This document shows positions 54,558-64,000 of a stretch of DNA of 64,000 nucleotides, piece by piece (positions within the stretch are counted from its first letter, which is position 1; each line of letters opens with the position of its first letter). The notes under the pieces are model-generated. The model searched no databases and had not been told where the DNA came from. It saw nothing but the letters and a program-made list of their open reading frames with translations. Source of the DNA: an uncultured Bacteroidales bacterium (GTDB lineage Bacteria > Bacteroidota > Bacteroidia > Bacteroidales > VadinHA17); NCBI GenBank assembly GCA_963825935.1, contig CAWGUN010000012.1, positions 5,323 to 69,322 on the forward strand, read 5' to 3'. The position numbers and the translations under genes are program-made.

Positions 54558-56903
54558 CTATTTTGCTACAAAGAAGAATGTCCCGTTCATGACCTCCATT
54601 CCCTGAATATTACCAAACTGTGGTTTCTGGCCTTTAGTATTAGTAACAGCTGCAGTAACTGATTTGACTATACTTTCGATCGGAATGCAGGCATTTTTAT
54701 TGTTCATCAGTGTATTTGCAAATGTTGCTGTGAATCTCGAATTATCAACGGCAAGTTCATACCCGGCAGAGGAGAATACCTGTGCTGATTTGCCTCCGGT
54801 TGCCTGTGGATCTTCACATGTCGGGGGTGCAGTTGCTCCGCCACGCATGGCAGTATAAAATCCCGGGCCCGATTCACAGGCGTCTGTCACCACAAGAGTA
54901 TGAACAACACCATCTCCATAACCCTGTAATCCGGCTTTCAGGGCATTGATATTAAAATATGTAAACTCATCATCCCTTTTTGCATCGACTGGAATCCAAT
55001 AACCGATGTCATTTATGAATTTACCATGACCGGCATACCATATTACTAATGACTTAACCTGATTTTTCTTAACCCGGTCGCGGAGATCAATATTAAAGAA
55101 GTACTCCATCTCCTTCTTTGTCATATCTTTCTCATGAATAAAGCTGTTTATCTGGTAATTGGCAAGAGCCCTCTGAATTGTGCTTGCATCTTTTATTGGT
55201 CCCTCAAGAGCAGCATAGTTTTCATAACTTGAGTTTTCGATGAATACAACCCAGGTTTTTCCCATCGGGTTATTTGCAGCAATCAGTGCACCTTCCCTGT
55301 TTATTTTAAAATCAGCCACCTGCCGGTTCCCATAAATATCTTCGGCAATAACAGTTATCTTATCCTGATTAGCAATCTCTACAGGTGAAGCTATAAATAC
55401 CGGATTCAATTCATTCTGGTCATAACTTGCTGTTTTATTGCTTACTGTAATCGACTTTATCCGGCTGTCATCAATGATTTTTCCCTGTATTGCTATGTTT
55501 TGTGCCGGCGAATCAAGGAAAATCTGTCCGTTTTCCGAATAAGGCGCAATTATGTTAATTAACGGACGATTGGTTTCGGTACGGAAAATCGGGTATGTAA
55601 GTGTTTTTTCATTATTATAATCATCAAGAGCCGTCAGAACGATTTTATCCTTCCCTGAAATATTGACATCTGAAAGGAAATCATAAATCCCATTTTTTTC
55701 AGCAATATTAATGATCTTCTCACCATTGATAGTGAATGATTTTATAATGCTCCTGTCTTTTATCTTCCCTGTAATAAGGAAACTCTGGCTGTCGCCCCTT
55801 ATTTGAATAGAATCATTTACAAGGACCGGGTTGACAATGGTTATTTCAGGAGGATCGTTTTCCTTGTTCAGCTCATAAAGCCTGTCCTGTGCTTCTTTCA
55901 AAGCTTTACGGGCTTCCTGGTTGAATTCAGCAAGCTCCGTAATCTTTTTATAATCATCTATAGCTTTTTCGAAATCCATAATTTCCTCGTAAGATTTTGC
56001 TCTTTTGAAATATGGCTGGTAATCATTGGGAGTAAGAGCAATATATTTCGTGAAATCATTGATTGCGTACGGATGCTGATTGAACTCCTGGTAACATTGA
56101 CCGCGTTCAAAGTAAAACTGGGGGTTTTCAGGCTGAATAAGGATATTTTTAGAGAGATCATTTATTGCACTCGGCATATCAAAATTTGCCTTGAAAACTT
56201 TGCTTCGCATCGAATACGCTGCAGTATTCCTGTCATCATTCTTAAGGACTTCATTGCATTGATCCATGGCACCCTGAATATTATTATTTTTTAAAAGCAG
56301 CCCGGCGAGTTCCAGCCTTGGTTCGGCGAGCTTTTTATTCTTTGAAATGGCCTTTTCAAATTCCTTCTTAGCCATAAAATCATTGTTCAGCTTTGAATAT
56401 ACCAATCCCCTGAAATAATAATTCATAGGGTCATCTTTAATAATTATTGCTGTATCGGAAGCATTCAGGGCCTGATCAAATTTTTCAAGGTTTAAAAGTG
56501 TAATGACTTTTTCAGGATATACAGCCTGGTTTCTTTTATCAAGAGAAGCTGCATGGTTCAGATAGACCAGAGCTTCTGAAAAGTTTCCCATATCATTACA
56601 AACGGCTCCAAGTCTTACATGGGCATCAACACTCTTTGGATTAAAGACAATAGCTTTTCCGAAATCTGATTTTGCCTCTTTGTATTTTAAAAGAGATTCA
56701 TATGCTTTTCCCCTGGCACAATAATAATCGCCGTTGGATGGCTCAACTCCTATGGCACTGGTGAACTGGGCTACAGCATCTTCATATTTCATACTTTTAA
56801 CCAACTCATTCCCTGCCTTGAAATATCTTTTACCGCTCTGGCCATAAGTGCACAAAGTGAAAAGAGCAAGTAAGGTTACCAGAAATAATATCCGCTTATT
56901 CAT
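54558..56903 (-). CDS. Secreted TPR-repeat protein with two Ig-like repeats and a C-terminal caspase (peptidase C14) domain
   Basis: 781 aa. Signal peptide, about 8 TPR units (aa 25-340), duplicated units of about 95 aa (PPEITIVNP... / RPLINIIAP...), and a caspase dyad YAGHG (His626, nt 55026-55028) and DACESG (Cys676, nt 54876-54878). Confidence 0.8.
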   Translation of the reverse strand: MNKRILFLVTLLALFTLCTYGQSGKRYFKAGNELVKSMKYEDAVAQFTSAIGVEPSNGDYYCARGKAYESLLKYKEAKSDFGKAIVFNPKSVDAHVRLGAVCNDMGNFSEALVYLNHAASLDKRNQAVYPEKVITLLNLEKFDQALNASDTAIIIKDDPMNYYFRGLVYSKLNNDFMAKKEFEKAISKNKKLAEPRLELAGLLLKNNNIQGAMDQCNEVLKNDDRNTAAYSMRSKVFKANFDMPSAINDLSKNILIQPENPQFYFERGQCYQEFNQHPYAINDFTKYIALTPNDYQPYFKRAKSYEEIMDFEKAIDDYKKITELAEFNQEARKALKEAQDRLYELNKENDPPEITIVNPVLVNDSIQIRGDSQSFLITGKIKDRSIIKSFTINGEKIINIAEKNGIYDFLSDVNISGKDKIVLTALDDYNNEKTLTYPIFRTETNRPLINIIAPYSENGQIFLDSPAQNIAIQGKIIDDSRIKSITVSNKTASYDQNELNPVFIASPVEIANQDKITVIAEDIYGNRQVADFKINREGALIAANNPMGKTWVVFIENSSYENYAALEGPIKDASTIQRALANYQINSFIHEKDMTKKEMEYFFNIDLRDRVKKNQVKSLVIWYAGHGKFINDIGYWIPVDAKRDDEFTYFNINALKAGLQGYGDGVVHTLVVTDACESGPGFYTAMRGGATAPPTCEDPQATGGKSAQVFSSAGYELAVDNSRFTATFANTLMNNKNACIPIESIVKSVTAAVTNTKGQKPQFGNIQGMEVMNGTFFFVAK

Positions 56904-56936
56904 AGTGTTATAGCTAAAGTGAGATTAATTGACTAT

Positions 56937-56944
56937 CAAAAATA
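56937..56944 (-). promoter_or_regulatory. Candidate -7 box (TATTTTTG) for the caspase/PP2C gene pair
   Basis: The plus strand reads CAAAAATA, 34-41 nt upstream of the ATG at 56903. Confidence 0.35.
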
Positions 56945-56980
56945 TAAATATTTATCGAAATAATCAACCCTTAAAGGTTG

Positions 56981-58042
56981 TTAATCAGCTTCATTTATTA
57001 GTATCTTCAATAAACTCCTGCTGAATATTGTCTGTGAAATAATTACTCCTTTCAGTTCAGGGGCTTTTATTCCGTTTTTAAAGTAATCCTTTCCATAAAA
57101 TATCCTGGCCTCATCCCATAATCCTTCAGAAATAAAATGTCCGAGGACCCTGGCCCCTCCTTCTATCAGTATAGACTGAATATCAATGCTGTAGAGGTAA
57201 TCTGAGATTTGCAGGGCAGCACTCCTGCTTCTATTTAATTTCACAAATGTAGTATCAGAAATTCCTGCATCAGCATTGTATGTAAACACAATATTTGTGC
57301 CATTAGCATTGAAAATAGCTGCGTTACTGTCCAGCAGTCCTGATCCGCTAAGGATCAGTCTTAATGGATCGTTACCTGCCCAATACCTTACATTCAGTTG
57401 CGGGTTATCAGCCTTCAGCGTACCGGCGCCGACAAGTATTGACTGTTCTGACGCCCTCCATTTATGCACAAGAGCTCTTTCTGTATTCCCTGTTATACGT
57501 GCAGGTTTATGTTTATGATCCGCTCCTCTGTCAGCATCAAGAAATCCGTCTGCACTCTGTGCCCATTTTAATATAATATAAGGCCTGTTTTTCTCATTAA
57601 AGGTAAAAAACCTTCTGTTTATCCGGCGACACTCTTTTCCCAGCACTCCCGTTATAACATCACATCCGGCATCCGTTAATTTTGCTATTCCTTCCCCTGC
57701 AACTTTTTCGCTTGTGTCGGTAGTTCCTATTATTACTTTTCTTATCCCGCCTGAAATAATAAGATCAGCACATGGAGGCGTCTTACCGGTATGGGAGCAG
57801 GGTTCAAGGTTAACATATAGAGATGAAGATCCCAGAAGATTTTTATTTCTGACAGAATTTATTGCGTTAACCTCAGCATGGGGCCCTCCTGCTTTAAGGT
57901 GATAACCTTCTCCAATAATAATCCTATCGTGAACAATCACAGAACCTACTAACGGATTAGGGTATGTCATACCTTCAGCCTTGCCTGCCAGGTCGAGACA
58001 CCTTCTCATGAATTTTATATCATCGTTCTCCTGAATTTTCAT
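56981..58042 (-). CDS. ribD: Bifunctional riboflavin biosynthesis protein RibD (deaminase/reductase)
   Basis: N-terminal CMP/dCMP deaminase zinc motifs (HAEVNA, PCSHTGKTPPC) and a C-terminal RibD_C reductase, 353 aa. Confidence 0.92.
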   Translation of the reverse strand: MKIQENDDIKFMRRCLDLAGKAEGMTYPNPLVGSVIVHDRIIIGEGYHLKAGGPHAEVNAINSVRNKNLLGSSSLYVNLEPCSHTGKTPPCADLIISGGIRKVIIGTTDTSEKVAGEGIAKLTDAGCDVITGVLGKECRRINRRFFTFNEKNRPYIILKWAQSADGFLDADRGADHKHKPARITGNTERALVHKWRASEQSILVGAGTLKADNPQLNVRYWAGNDPLRLILSGSGLLDSNAAIFNANGTNIVFTYNADAGISDTTFVKLNRSRSAALQISDYLYSIDIQSILIEGGARVLGHFISEGLWDEARIFYGKDYFKNGIKAPELKGVIISQTIFSRSLLKILINEAD

Positions 58043-58050
58043 GAAAGTGC

Positions 58051-58058
58051 TAATTTTG
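58051..58058 (+). promoter_or_regulatory. Candidate -7 box TAATTTTG only 5 nt before the prmC ATG (near-leaderless transcript)
   Basis: Exact TAnnTTTG within the 20-nt ribD/prmC divergent spacer. Confidence 0.3.
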
Positions 58059-58062
58059 ACAA

Positions 58063-58929
58063 ATGGGCATCAAGATACAAACAATAAAAGATATCAGACA
58101 ATACCTCTCAGATGAACTTAATGGCTCCTTCCCCGGACCCGAGATAAGTGCCATTACCAATATCATAATCAAGACTCTCTTCAGTTTCACAAAGTTGCAT
58201 ACAATGGCCTTTCCGGAGAGCTCCGTTTCACAAAAGAAGGTTCATGAAATTATCAGGATTTGCAGGGAGTTGAAAACCGGGAAACCGATACAATACATCC
58301 TCGGAGAAACAAATTTCTATAATTGCATCATTAAAGTAAACAATGAGACACTGATACCGCGTCCTGAAACTGAGGAGCTTGTCGATCTTGTCATAAAAGA
58401 AAACAAGGGACTCGCAGGCACGATCCTTGATGTCGGGACAGGCTCCGGGTGTATTGCAATTGCACTAGCTATCAATCTGCCCGGAACGGCTGTAACAGGG
58501 ATAGATATTTCTGAGGATGCTGTTGAAACTGCAAGGCAGAATGCAAGTCTCAACAAAACTGATGTCACTTTTAAAAAAGCCGATATCTTAAATATTGATT
58601 CTTTTTCTCCGGGTGCCATTGATATTATTGTTGCCAATCCCCCCTATGTCAGGGAATCCGAAAAAAAACATATGTCAATAAATGTGCTTGATTTTGAACC
58701 TCATGCTGCTCTTTTTGTCCCCGATTCAGATCCGCTTGTCCATTACCGTGCAATTCTGAATTTTGCCCGGACTCTTCTTAATCCAGCCGGAAAAGTTTAT
58801 TTCGAAATTAATGAAGCAATGGGAAATCCCATGTCAGACCTTTTACAGGCATATGGTTATTCCGGAGTAGAAATCATAAAAGACATTAATGGAAAGGATA
58901 GAATAATAAAAGGATATAAAAATGGCTGA
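58063..58929 (+). CDS. prmC: Release factor glutamine N5-methyltransferase
   Basis: PIQYILGE, LDVGTGSGCIAI and the catalytic NPPY motif. Confidence 0.9.
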   Translation: MGIKIQTIKDIRQYLSDELNGSFPGPEISAITNIIIKTLFSFTKLHTMAFPESSVSQKKVHEIIRICRELKTGKPIQYILGETNFYNCIIKVNNETLIPRPETEELVDLVIKENKGLAGTILDVGTGSGCIAIALAINLPGTAVTGIDISEDAVETARQNASLNKTDVTFKKADILNIDSFSPGAIDIIVANPPYVRESEKKHMSINVLDFEPHAALFVPDSDPLVHYRAILNFARTLLNPAGKVYFEINEAMGNPMSDLLQAYGYSGVEIIKDINGKDRIIKGYKNG

Positions 58930-59383
58930 AAACGCTCTTTATAAAACTGCGCTGACAAAAGCAATGACATTATGTTCACATCGTGAATACTGCAATGAGG
59001 ATATCCGCATAAAGCTCCGGTCATGGGGTGTTACAGAAGAAGATACGGAGAAAATAATTGTGGCACTTATAAAAGAGAATTTTTTAAATGAAGCTCGCTA
59101 TTCAGAAGCATTTGTGAAGGATAAATTCAGGTACAATAAATGGGGAAGGGTAAAGATAGCAGCTCATCTGAAAGCAAAATCGATACCGGGGGAACTGATA
59201 AGGTCGGCCCTTGATACTATTGATGATGAATTTTACAGAAATACTTTAAAGGAGCTGATTGCCTCTCATCGTAAATCAGTAAAAGCGAAAAACCAATACG
59301 ACCTTAAAGGAAAGCTTCTCAGGTACGGATTATCAAAGGGATTTGAAAGCAGCCTGCTATATGATATTCTGAATGATCTGTGA
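58922..59383 (+). CDS. recX: Regulatory protein RecX
   Basis: 153 aa. CSHREYC, FLNEARYSEAFVKDKFRYNKWGRVKI pattern. Confidence 0.85.
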   Translation: MAENALYKTALTKAMTLCSHREYCNEDIRIKLRSWGVTEEDTEKIIVALIKENFLNEARYSEAFVKDKFRYNKWGRVKIAAHLKAKSIPGELIRSALDTIDDEFYRNTLKELIASHRKSVKAKNQYDLKGKLLRYGLSKGFESSLLYDILNDL

Positions 59384-59386
59384 TTT

Positions 59387-59839
59387 TCAGAGCCATCTGA
59401 AGATGCTGACAATAAACGGCATGAATGCAATCAGGAAAATAAGCGATGAACCTGTTATATCAAATAAAATAAGCTGTTTACGCGAGTCCGGAAATTTTAA
59501 ATAAAACCTTGAAAAGAATATCCTCAGGAATAGCTGGGAGACAAAGAAGAGGAAGACTCTCATCCCGTTTTCATTCCATTTGTATGCTTCATCTATTCTT
59601 CCTCTGAGTATCAGGGAAAAGCTGTGCGACAAGCCGCATGATGTACATGGTTCACCAGTAAGTTTCTCATGAATACAGACAACAGGATAATCATTTTTGT
59701 CGGGTGAAAAAATGCCGGAGTATGCCATAATCAGCAGTATTACTCCGGCAAGTATCAAATTTATAATAAGGTAAGGCTCATTTTTCAGCCTTATCCCGGA
59801 TTTAACGTCAGGATTATTTTTTCGGGACAATAGTATCAT
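59387..59839 (-). CDS. DUF2752 family membrane protein
   Basis: CIHEKLTGEPCTSCGLSHS (C..........C..CG motif) followed by TM helices. Confidence 0.7.
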   Translation of the reverse strand: MILLSRKNNPDVKSGIRLKNEPYLIINLILAGVILLIMAYSGIFSPDKNDYPVVCIHEKLTGEPCTSCGLSHSFSLILRGRIDEAYKWNENGMRVFLFFVSQLFLRIFFSRFYLKFPDSRKQLILFDITGSSLIFLIAFMPFIVSIFRWL

Positions 59840-60353
59840 TAGAGGTTGTGTTTCCCTTTTCCAGATCTTCGAGGGTTTGTTCGCGGTCTTTTTTACCGGA
59901 TTTGGTGTTTATTTCCACGGTGTCACCATTGCTTTCAACCTTTATGGAAATATTAGCATCCTCCAGATCTTTCATCACATTATCCTGAACATCATTTACG
60001 ATATTCTCAATACTTTTCGGCCATTTGTCAGCATGCTTAAAGATTTTTCCTGCGACGAATACCTGTGAGAACGATATCAGGGAGGCAATAATGGCAATGA
60101 TCAGCCCTGCAACAATCACACCGCGGGGGGAATTATTCTTTGCTGCCTGAGATAGTCCGACCGATGCAAGCACAATTGCTATTATCCCCGGAATAATTGC
60201 AATCAGACCCACACATGGGATAACGGCAAGCACAAAAGTTATTATTGCTGTTATCAGGGCAGCTATTCCCAGATTTTGTCCTGATGTCTGACCTGTTGGT
60301 TGTCCCGGACCTATTCCTGAGTTTTGTTCCGTTTTATTACTAAAATCTTCCAT
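59814..60353 (-). CDS. DUF4190-like membrane protein with a soluble C-terminal domain
   Basis: Gly/Gln-rich N-terminus, then two or three TM helices with a GIIAIVLASVGLSQAAKNN-type loop. Commonly paired with DUF2752. Confidence 0.6.
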   Translation of the reverse strand: MEDFSNKTEQNSGIGPGQPTGQTSGQNLGIAALITAIITFVLAVIPCVGLIAIIPGIIAIVLASVGLSQAAKNNSPRGVIVAGLIIAIIASLISFSQVFVAGKIFKHADKWPKSIENIVNDVQDNVMKDLEDANISIKVESNGDTVEINTKSGKKDREQTLEDLEKGNTTSNDTIVPKK

Positions 60354-60374
60354 GACACTTTTAAGTATTTATTA

Positions 60375-60936
60375 TTATTCATTCCTTGTAAGAATATTTA
60401 TCATATCCTGTTCTAAAGACGTAACAGGATTTTCAATGATGCGTCCTGCTTCAACATTATTTTTATATAAGATAAAAGTAGGCACTCTTTGAATATCCAG
60501 CTTATCGTATTCTCCTACAGGTGAAAGCTTTGCATTATCTACGCCTATAAATGTCACCTTTTCCGATGGAAATTTCCAGAGATCAAGGATACGCATGAAC
60601 CGTGGTACTTCACGCCGGCTGTCGGGGCACCAGGTACCCATAACAATTTTGATAGTAAGGTTATCTTTGCTTATTGCTGTTAATTTATTAACAGCTTCAT
60701 TATCAGGCTTGATATTCGTCATAACCCTTCTGATACCACTCTGAATGAGGTGGATGTGCCAGAAGATTCCCGGAAAAATATCCCAGCAACCATGTGGTCT
60801 GCTCTGAGAAATTTGTCGTAGGGTTAGCCTGACCAGCCTGCTTCATTGCCGGTTTAATTTCCGTTATTGGCTGCTTTACTTTGCATCCTGAAGTTACCGT
60901 CAGGACCAGAATAATGATAAAAAGTACTCTTTTCAT
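60375..60936 (-). pseudogene. Thioredoxin-like lipoprotein split by a single-nucleotide frameshift near 60708-60722
   Basis: ORF 60703-60936 (lipoprotein signal ...TSGC, ends ...EWYQKGYDEYQA*) and ORF 60375-60722 (MTNIKPDNEAV..., WCPDS thioredoxin motif) join as GYDEY-KPDNEAV if one base (the C in GAA TAT C AAG) is removed. Confidence 0.6.
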
Positions 60937-60974
60937 TGGAGTCTAATTTAATACAAATATTTTAGATCAGTGTT

Positions 60975-63125
60975 TTAATCAAATGAATGAATAAGAATTT
61001 CGAGGATCTGCTTTGCAGCTTTTGAGACAGATGTTCCCGGACCGAAAATTGCAGCCACTCCTGCATCATAAAGAAACTGGTAATCCTGCGAAGGTATTAC
61101 ACCTCCGGCAATTACCAGAATATCTTCTCTTCCCAGATGTTTCAGTTCATCAATAACCTGCGGGACCAGAGTTTTATGTCCGGCAGCAAGACTCGAGACT
61201 CCGAGCACATGAACATCATTTTCCACTGCCTGTTTTGCAGCTTCTGCCGGTGTCTGGAAGAGAGGGCCGATATCAACATCAAAACCAATATCGGCATATC
61301 CTGTCGATACAACCTTGGCACCCCGATCGTGGCCATCCTGACCCATCTTGGCGATCATTATCCTGGGCTGACGCCCCTCTTTTTCAGCAAATCTGGCAAC
61401 AAGTGCCTTTGCTTCTTCAAAATCCTTATCAGATTTATACTCTGATGAATAAACTCCTGATATTGTTCTTACCACTGCTTTATACCTCCCGACTATTTTT
61501 TCACATGCATAAGATATTTCACCAAGGCTTGCCCGTTTTGAGGCAGCCTCAACAGCTAATTCAAGAAGATTGCCATTCCCTGTTCCGGCACATTCTGTAA
61601 TTGCATCCAGCGAAGCCTGACATTCAGCTTCATTACGTCCGGCACGAAGCTTTTCAAGTCTCTTTATCTGGGAATCACGGACGGCAGTATTGTCGACCTC
61701 GAGTGTTTCAAGCGGATCTTCCTTTTCAAGCCTGTATTTGTTTGTCCCCACAATTGTCTGAATTCCGGAATCAATTTTTGCCTGGGCTCGTGCAGCAGCT
61801 TCTTCGATTCTCATTTTCGGGACGCCCGATTCAATTGCTTTTGCCATTCCTCCAAGGTTTTCAATCTCCGTAATATGATCCCATGCTTTATGAGCAATTT
61901 CATGTGTCAGTGTTTCAACATAATATGAACCGGCCCATGGATCGACAGCCCTGCAGATCTTTGTTTCTTCCTGAAGATATATCTGTGTATTTCTGGCTAT
62001 CCCTGCAGAAAAATCAGTAGGAAGGGCAATTGCTTCATCAAGTGCATTGGTATGAAGACTCTGTGTATGACCAAGAGCAGCAGCCATTGCTTCAATGCAG
62101 GTTCTTCCGACATTATTGTACGGATCCTGTTCAGTAAGGCTCCATCCGGATGTCTGGCAATGTGTACGGAGAGCAAGGGATTTCGGATTCTTCGGATTGA
62201 AACCACTTACAATTTTTGCCCACAGCATTCTGGCTGCCCTCATCTTGGCAATTTCCATAAAATGATTCATCCCGATTGCCCAGAAAAATGAGATCCTTGG
62301 AGCAAAAGCATCAATATCAAGACCTGCTTTAATACCTGTTCGGAGATATTCAAGCCCGTCGGCAAGGGTATAGGCCAGCTCAATATCGCATGTTGCACCG
62401 GCCTCCTGCATATGATAACCGGAAATGCTTATTGAATTGAATTTGGGCATCTTTGCCGTGGTGTATAGCAAAAATATCGGCAATGATCCTCATTGAGAAT
62501 TCAGGCGGATATATATAGGTATTCCTGACCATGAATTCCTTCAGGATATCATTCTGAATGGTACCTGTAAGTTCCTCAAGCTTTGCTCCCTGTTCAAGGG
62601 CTGCAACAATATAAAATGCCATTATGGGCAAGACAGCTCCATTCATTGTCATCGAAACCGACATCTTATTCAGAGGAATCTGATCGAAAAGAATCTTCAT
62701 ATCGAGGATGGAATCGACGGCAACACCGGCTTTACCAACATCACCCGCAACTCTCTCATGATCTGAATCATATCCTCGGTGAGTCGGCAGGTCAAATGCA
62801 ACAGAGAGTCCTTTTTGACCGGCAGCCAGGTTGCGTCTGTAAAATGCATTTGAATCTTCTGCTGTTGAAAAACCTGCATATTGTCTGATGGTCCATGGCT
62901 GCATAACATACATGGCGGAATAGGGACCGCTGAAGAAACGGAGGTATACCGGCTGCATAATTCAGATGCTCCATCCCCTCAAGATCATGTCGGACCATAC
63001 TTTCCTTTAACACGGATATCCTCTGCAGTAATCCACGATCCACCATCATTTTTAGTAATTTCTCCATTCCTGAAATCTTCTTTTTTAAAGGGAAGATCAG
63101 TTAAGTCATTATAAGTGAAGTCCAT
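60975..63125 (-). pseudogene. mutB: Methylmalonyl-CoA mutase large (catalytic, B12-binding) subunit with three frame disruptions in its 5' third
   Basis: Four frames piece together into a full-length protein of about 716 aa: MDFTYNDL...IRVK / ...[17 protein letters not shown] / ...[34 protein letters not shown]...SMRIIADI / ...[24 protein letters not shown]...[10 protein letters not shown]. The frame switches lie near 63000, 62935 and 62470. Confidence 0.8.
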
Positions 63126-64000
63126 ACAGGTTTCTTTCAGAGATCTTTCCTTCCGGTTTCAATAGATGAAGGGATCAGAGATTCTTGTTCCTTATAGTTT
63201 CATTCTGTGATTTTTTTACATTTTCATTTATTTTCCGACTGACGAATCCGTTTATCAGGGATTTCAAGAAATCCTCCGTTCTTTTCAATTTCAAGGAATA
63301 GTTTCCAGGCGCTCTCAGCAATCAGCTTTGTCAGTTTTTCAATATAGTAAGATCCTCCTGCCGGATCAGCAACTTTATCAAAATATGATTCTTCCTTTAG
63401 AATAAGTTGCTGATTTCGGGCAATTCTTTCCGAAAATTCATCAGGTGTCTGAAGACAATATCGAATGGTTCAACTGTGAGAGAATCAGTTCCTCCAAGTA
63501 CAGCAGCCATTGCTTCAGTCTGGGTTCTGAGAATATTAATATGGATCATCAGTCAATGTTTTATTCCACTTACTTGTTACACAATGAATTTCCATTTTCG
63601 CGGAATCAGTACTGTCAGGGTCTTGAAGCCGTTTATAACTGCTGACCATAATAATCTGGCAGCTCTCAGTTTCGCAATTTCCGGGAAATAATCTGATCCG
63701 TGCTGAATGAAAACCTGATCTTTGATGCTGCAAGATCTGCATTGATTCCCCTTTGAGTAAGCTGTGCCATATATTCAGCTCCCATGGAAATACCGAATGC
63801 CAGTTCCTGAACAATATCAGCTCCTGCATTCCCGAAATTTGATGCATTTAGATGTATTGCACGAAATCCTGGAAGATGAAGTTCTGTAGCCTGGCTAACA
63901 CCAGCAAGGTAATCAAATCCCTGCTTCAACAGGAATACAGAGAGTTCCGTTAAGCATAAGCCTGCCTAATGGATCTGTTTCAATTGCACCGGTAATTTTT
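63109..64000 (-). pseudogene. mutA: Methylmalonyl-CoA mutase small subunit, 3' part (runs off the window), with at least 6 frame disruptions
   Basis: Family-typical pieces lie in different frames: GADIVQELAFGISMGAEYM; GSDYFPEIAKLRAARLLWSAV; MEIHCVTSKWNKTLTDDPY; NILRTQTEAMAAVLGGTDSLTVEPFD; TPDEFSERIARNQQLILKEESYFDKVADPAGGSYYIEKLT. The 3' end assignment is uncertain. Confidence 0.65.

Noticed and set aside
55803-56294. 163-aa plus-strand ORF
   Set aside because: It is antisense to the TPR region of the caspase gene. Its Phe/Ile/Leu-rich translation is that of AT-rich antisense sequence.
58043-58062. Only 20 nt separate the divergent ribD and prmC start codons
   Set aside because: I considered this as a sign of misannotated starts or a shared bidirectional element. 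Both N-termini look canonical, however, and short or leaderless 5' ends are common with TAnnTTTG promoters. The observation is not unusual enough to report as a finding.
1-64000. Scan for CRISPR arrays, rRNA, tRNA, integrases or transposases, toxin-antitoxin pairs and classic defence genes
   Set aside because: I saw no regularly spaced 25-40-nt repeats, no tRNA-like T-loop (GGTTCGAAT-type) contexts, no rRNA-like segments and no recombinase ORFs by eye. This visual scan is not exhaustive, so short ncRNAs may have been missed.

Overview
This 64-kb chromosomal segment reads like an anaerobic Bacteroidota genome. Supporting signs are TAnnTTTG-type -7 boxes 5-90 nt upstream of many start codons, no obvious Shine-Dalgarno usage, mutL-rhomboid-rhomboid-EEP synteny, Y_Y_Y propeller sensors and GldL/GldM-like motifs. 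All calls come from reading the ORF track and the DNA by eye and from remembered family motifs; no searches were run. About 60 protein genes are supported, and I saw no rRNA, tRNA or CRISPR array. Ordinary content: glnK-amtB; a TetR-controlled TolC/HlyD/ABC-2 efflux operon (YbhGFSR-like); mutL plus two rhomboids; hppA; an ExbB/ExbD pair; housekeeping genes (rimM, rpsP, dnaE, trxA, ribD, prmC, recX, tsaC); and an aminotransferase. Items worth a second look: (1) A PadR operon encodes two membrane proteins built from repeated GldL-like FKIxHWP hairpins fused to a GldM-like TM helix and periplasmic region. (2) A roughly 945-bp GIY-YIG cassette with nested GC-rich inverted repeats is bracketed by a perfect 56-bp direct repeat that duplicates the 3' end of an EEP-family gene. 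(3) An AT-rich island (about 23.3-29.5 kb) carries an OmpR-type regulator, a histidine kinase interrupted by an in-frame TAA, two duplicated promoter modules with TTCTAAT-N4-TTCTAAT repeats driving tiny hydrophobic peptides, a GpgS-like glycosyltransferase fused to a HAD phosphatase, and NhaD. (4) An hdrCBA-flxDCBA-type cluster is headed by a DHOD-like gene and preceded by a Rex-like TGTTAA-N4-TTAACA operator. (5) A secreted TPR-caspase gene is coupled to a propeller/Y_Y_Y PP2C phosphatase. (6) The methylmalonyl-CoA mutase genes (mutA and the 5' third of mutB) carry about 10 single-nucleotide frame disruptions within 1.6 kb. The rest of the window is almost clean.
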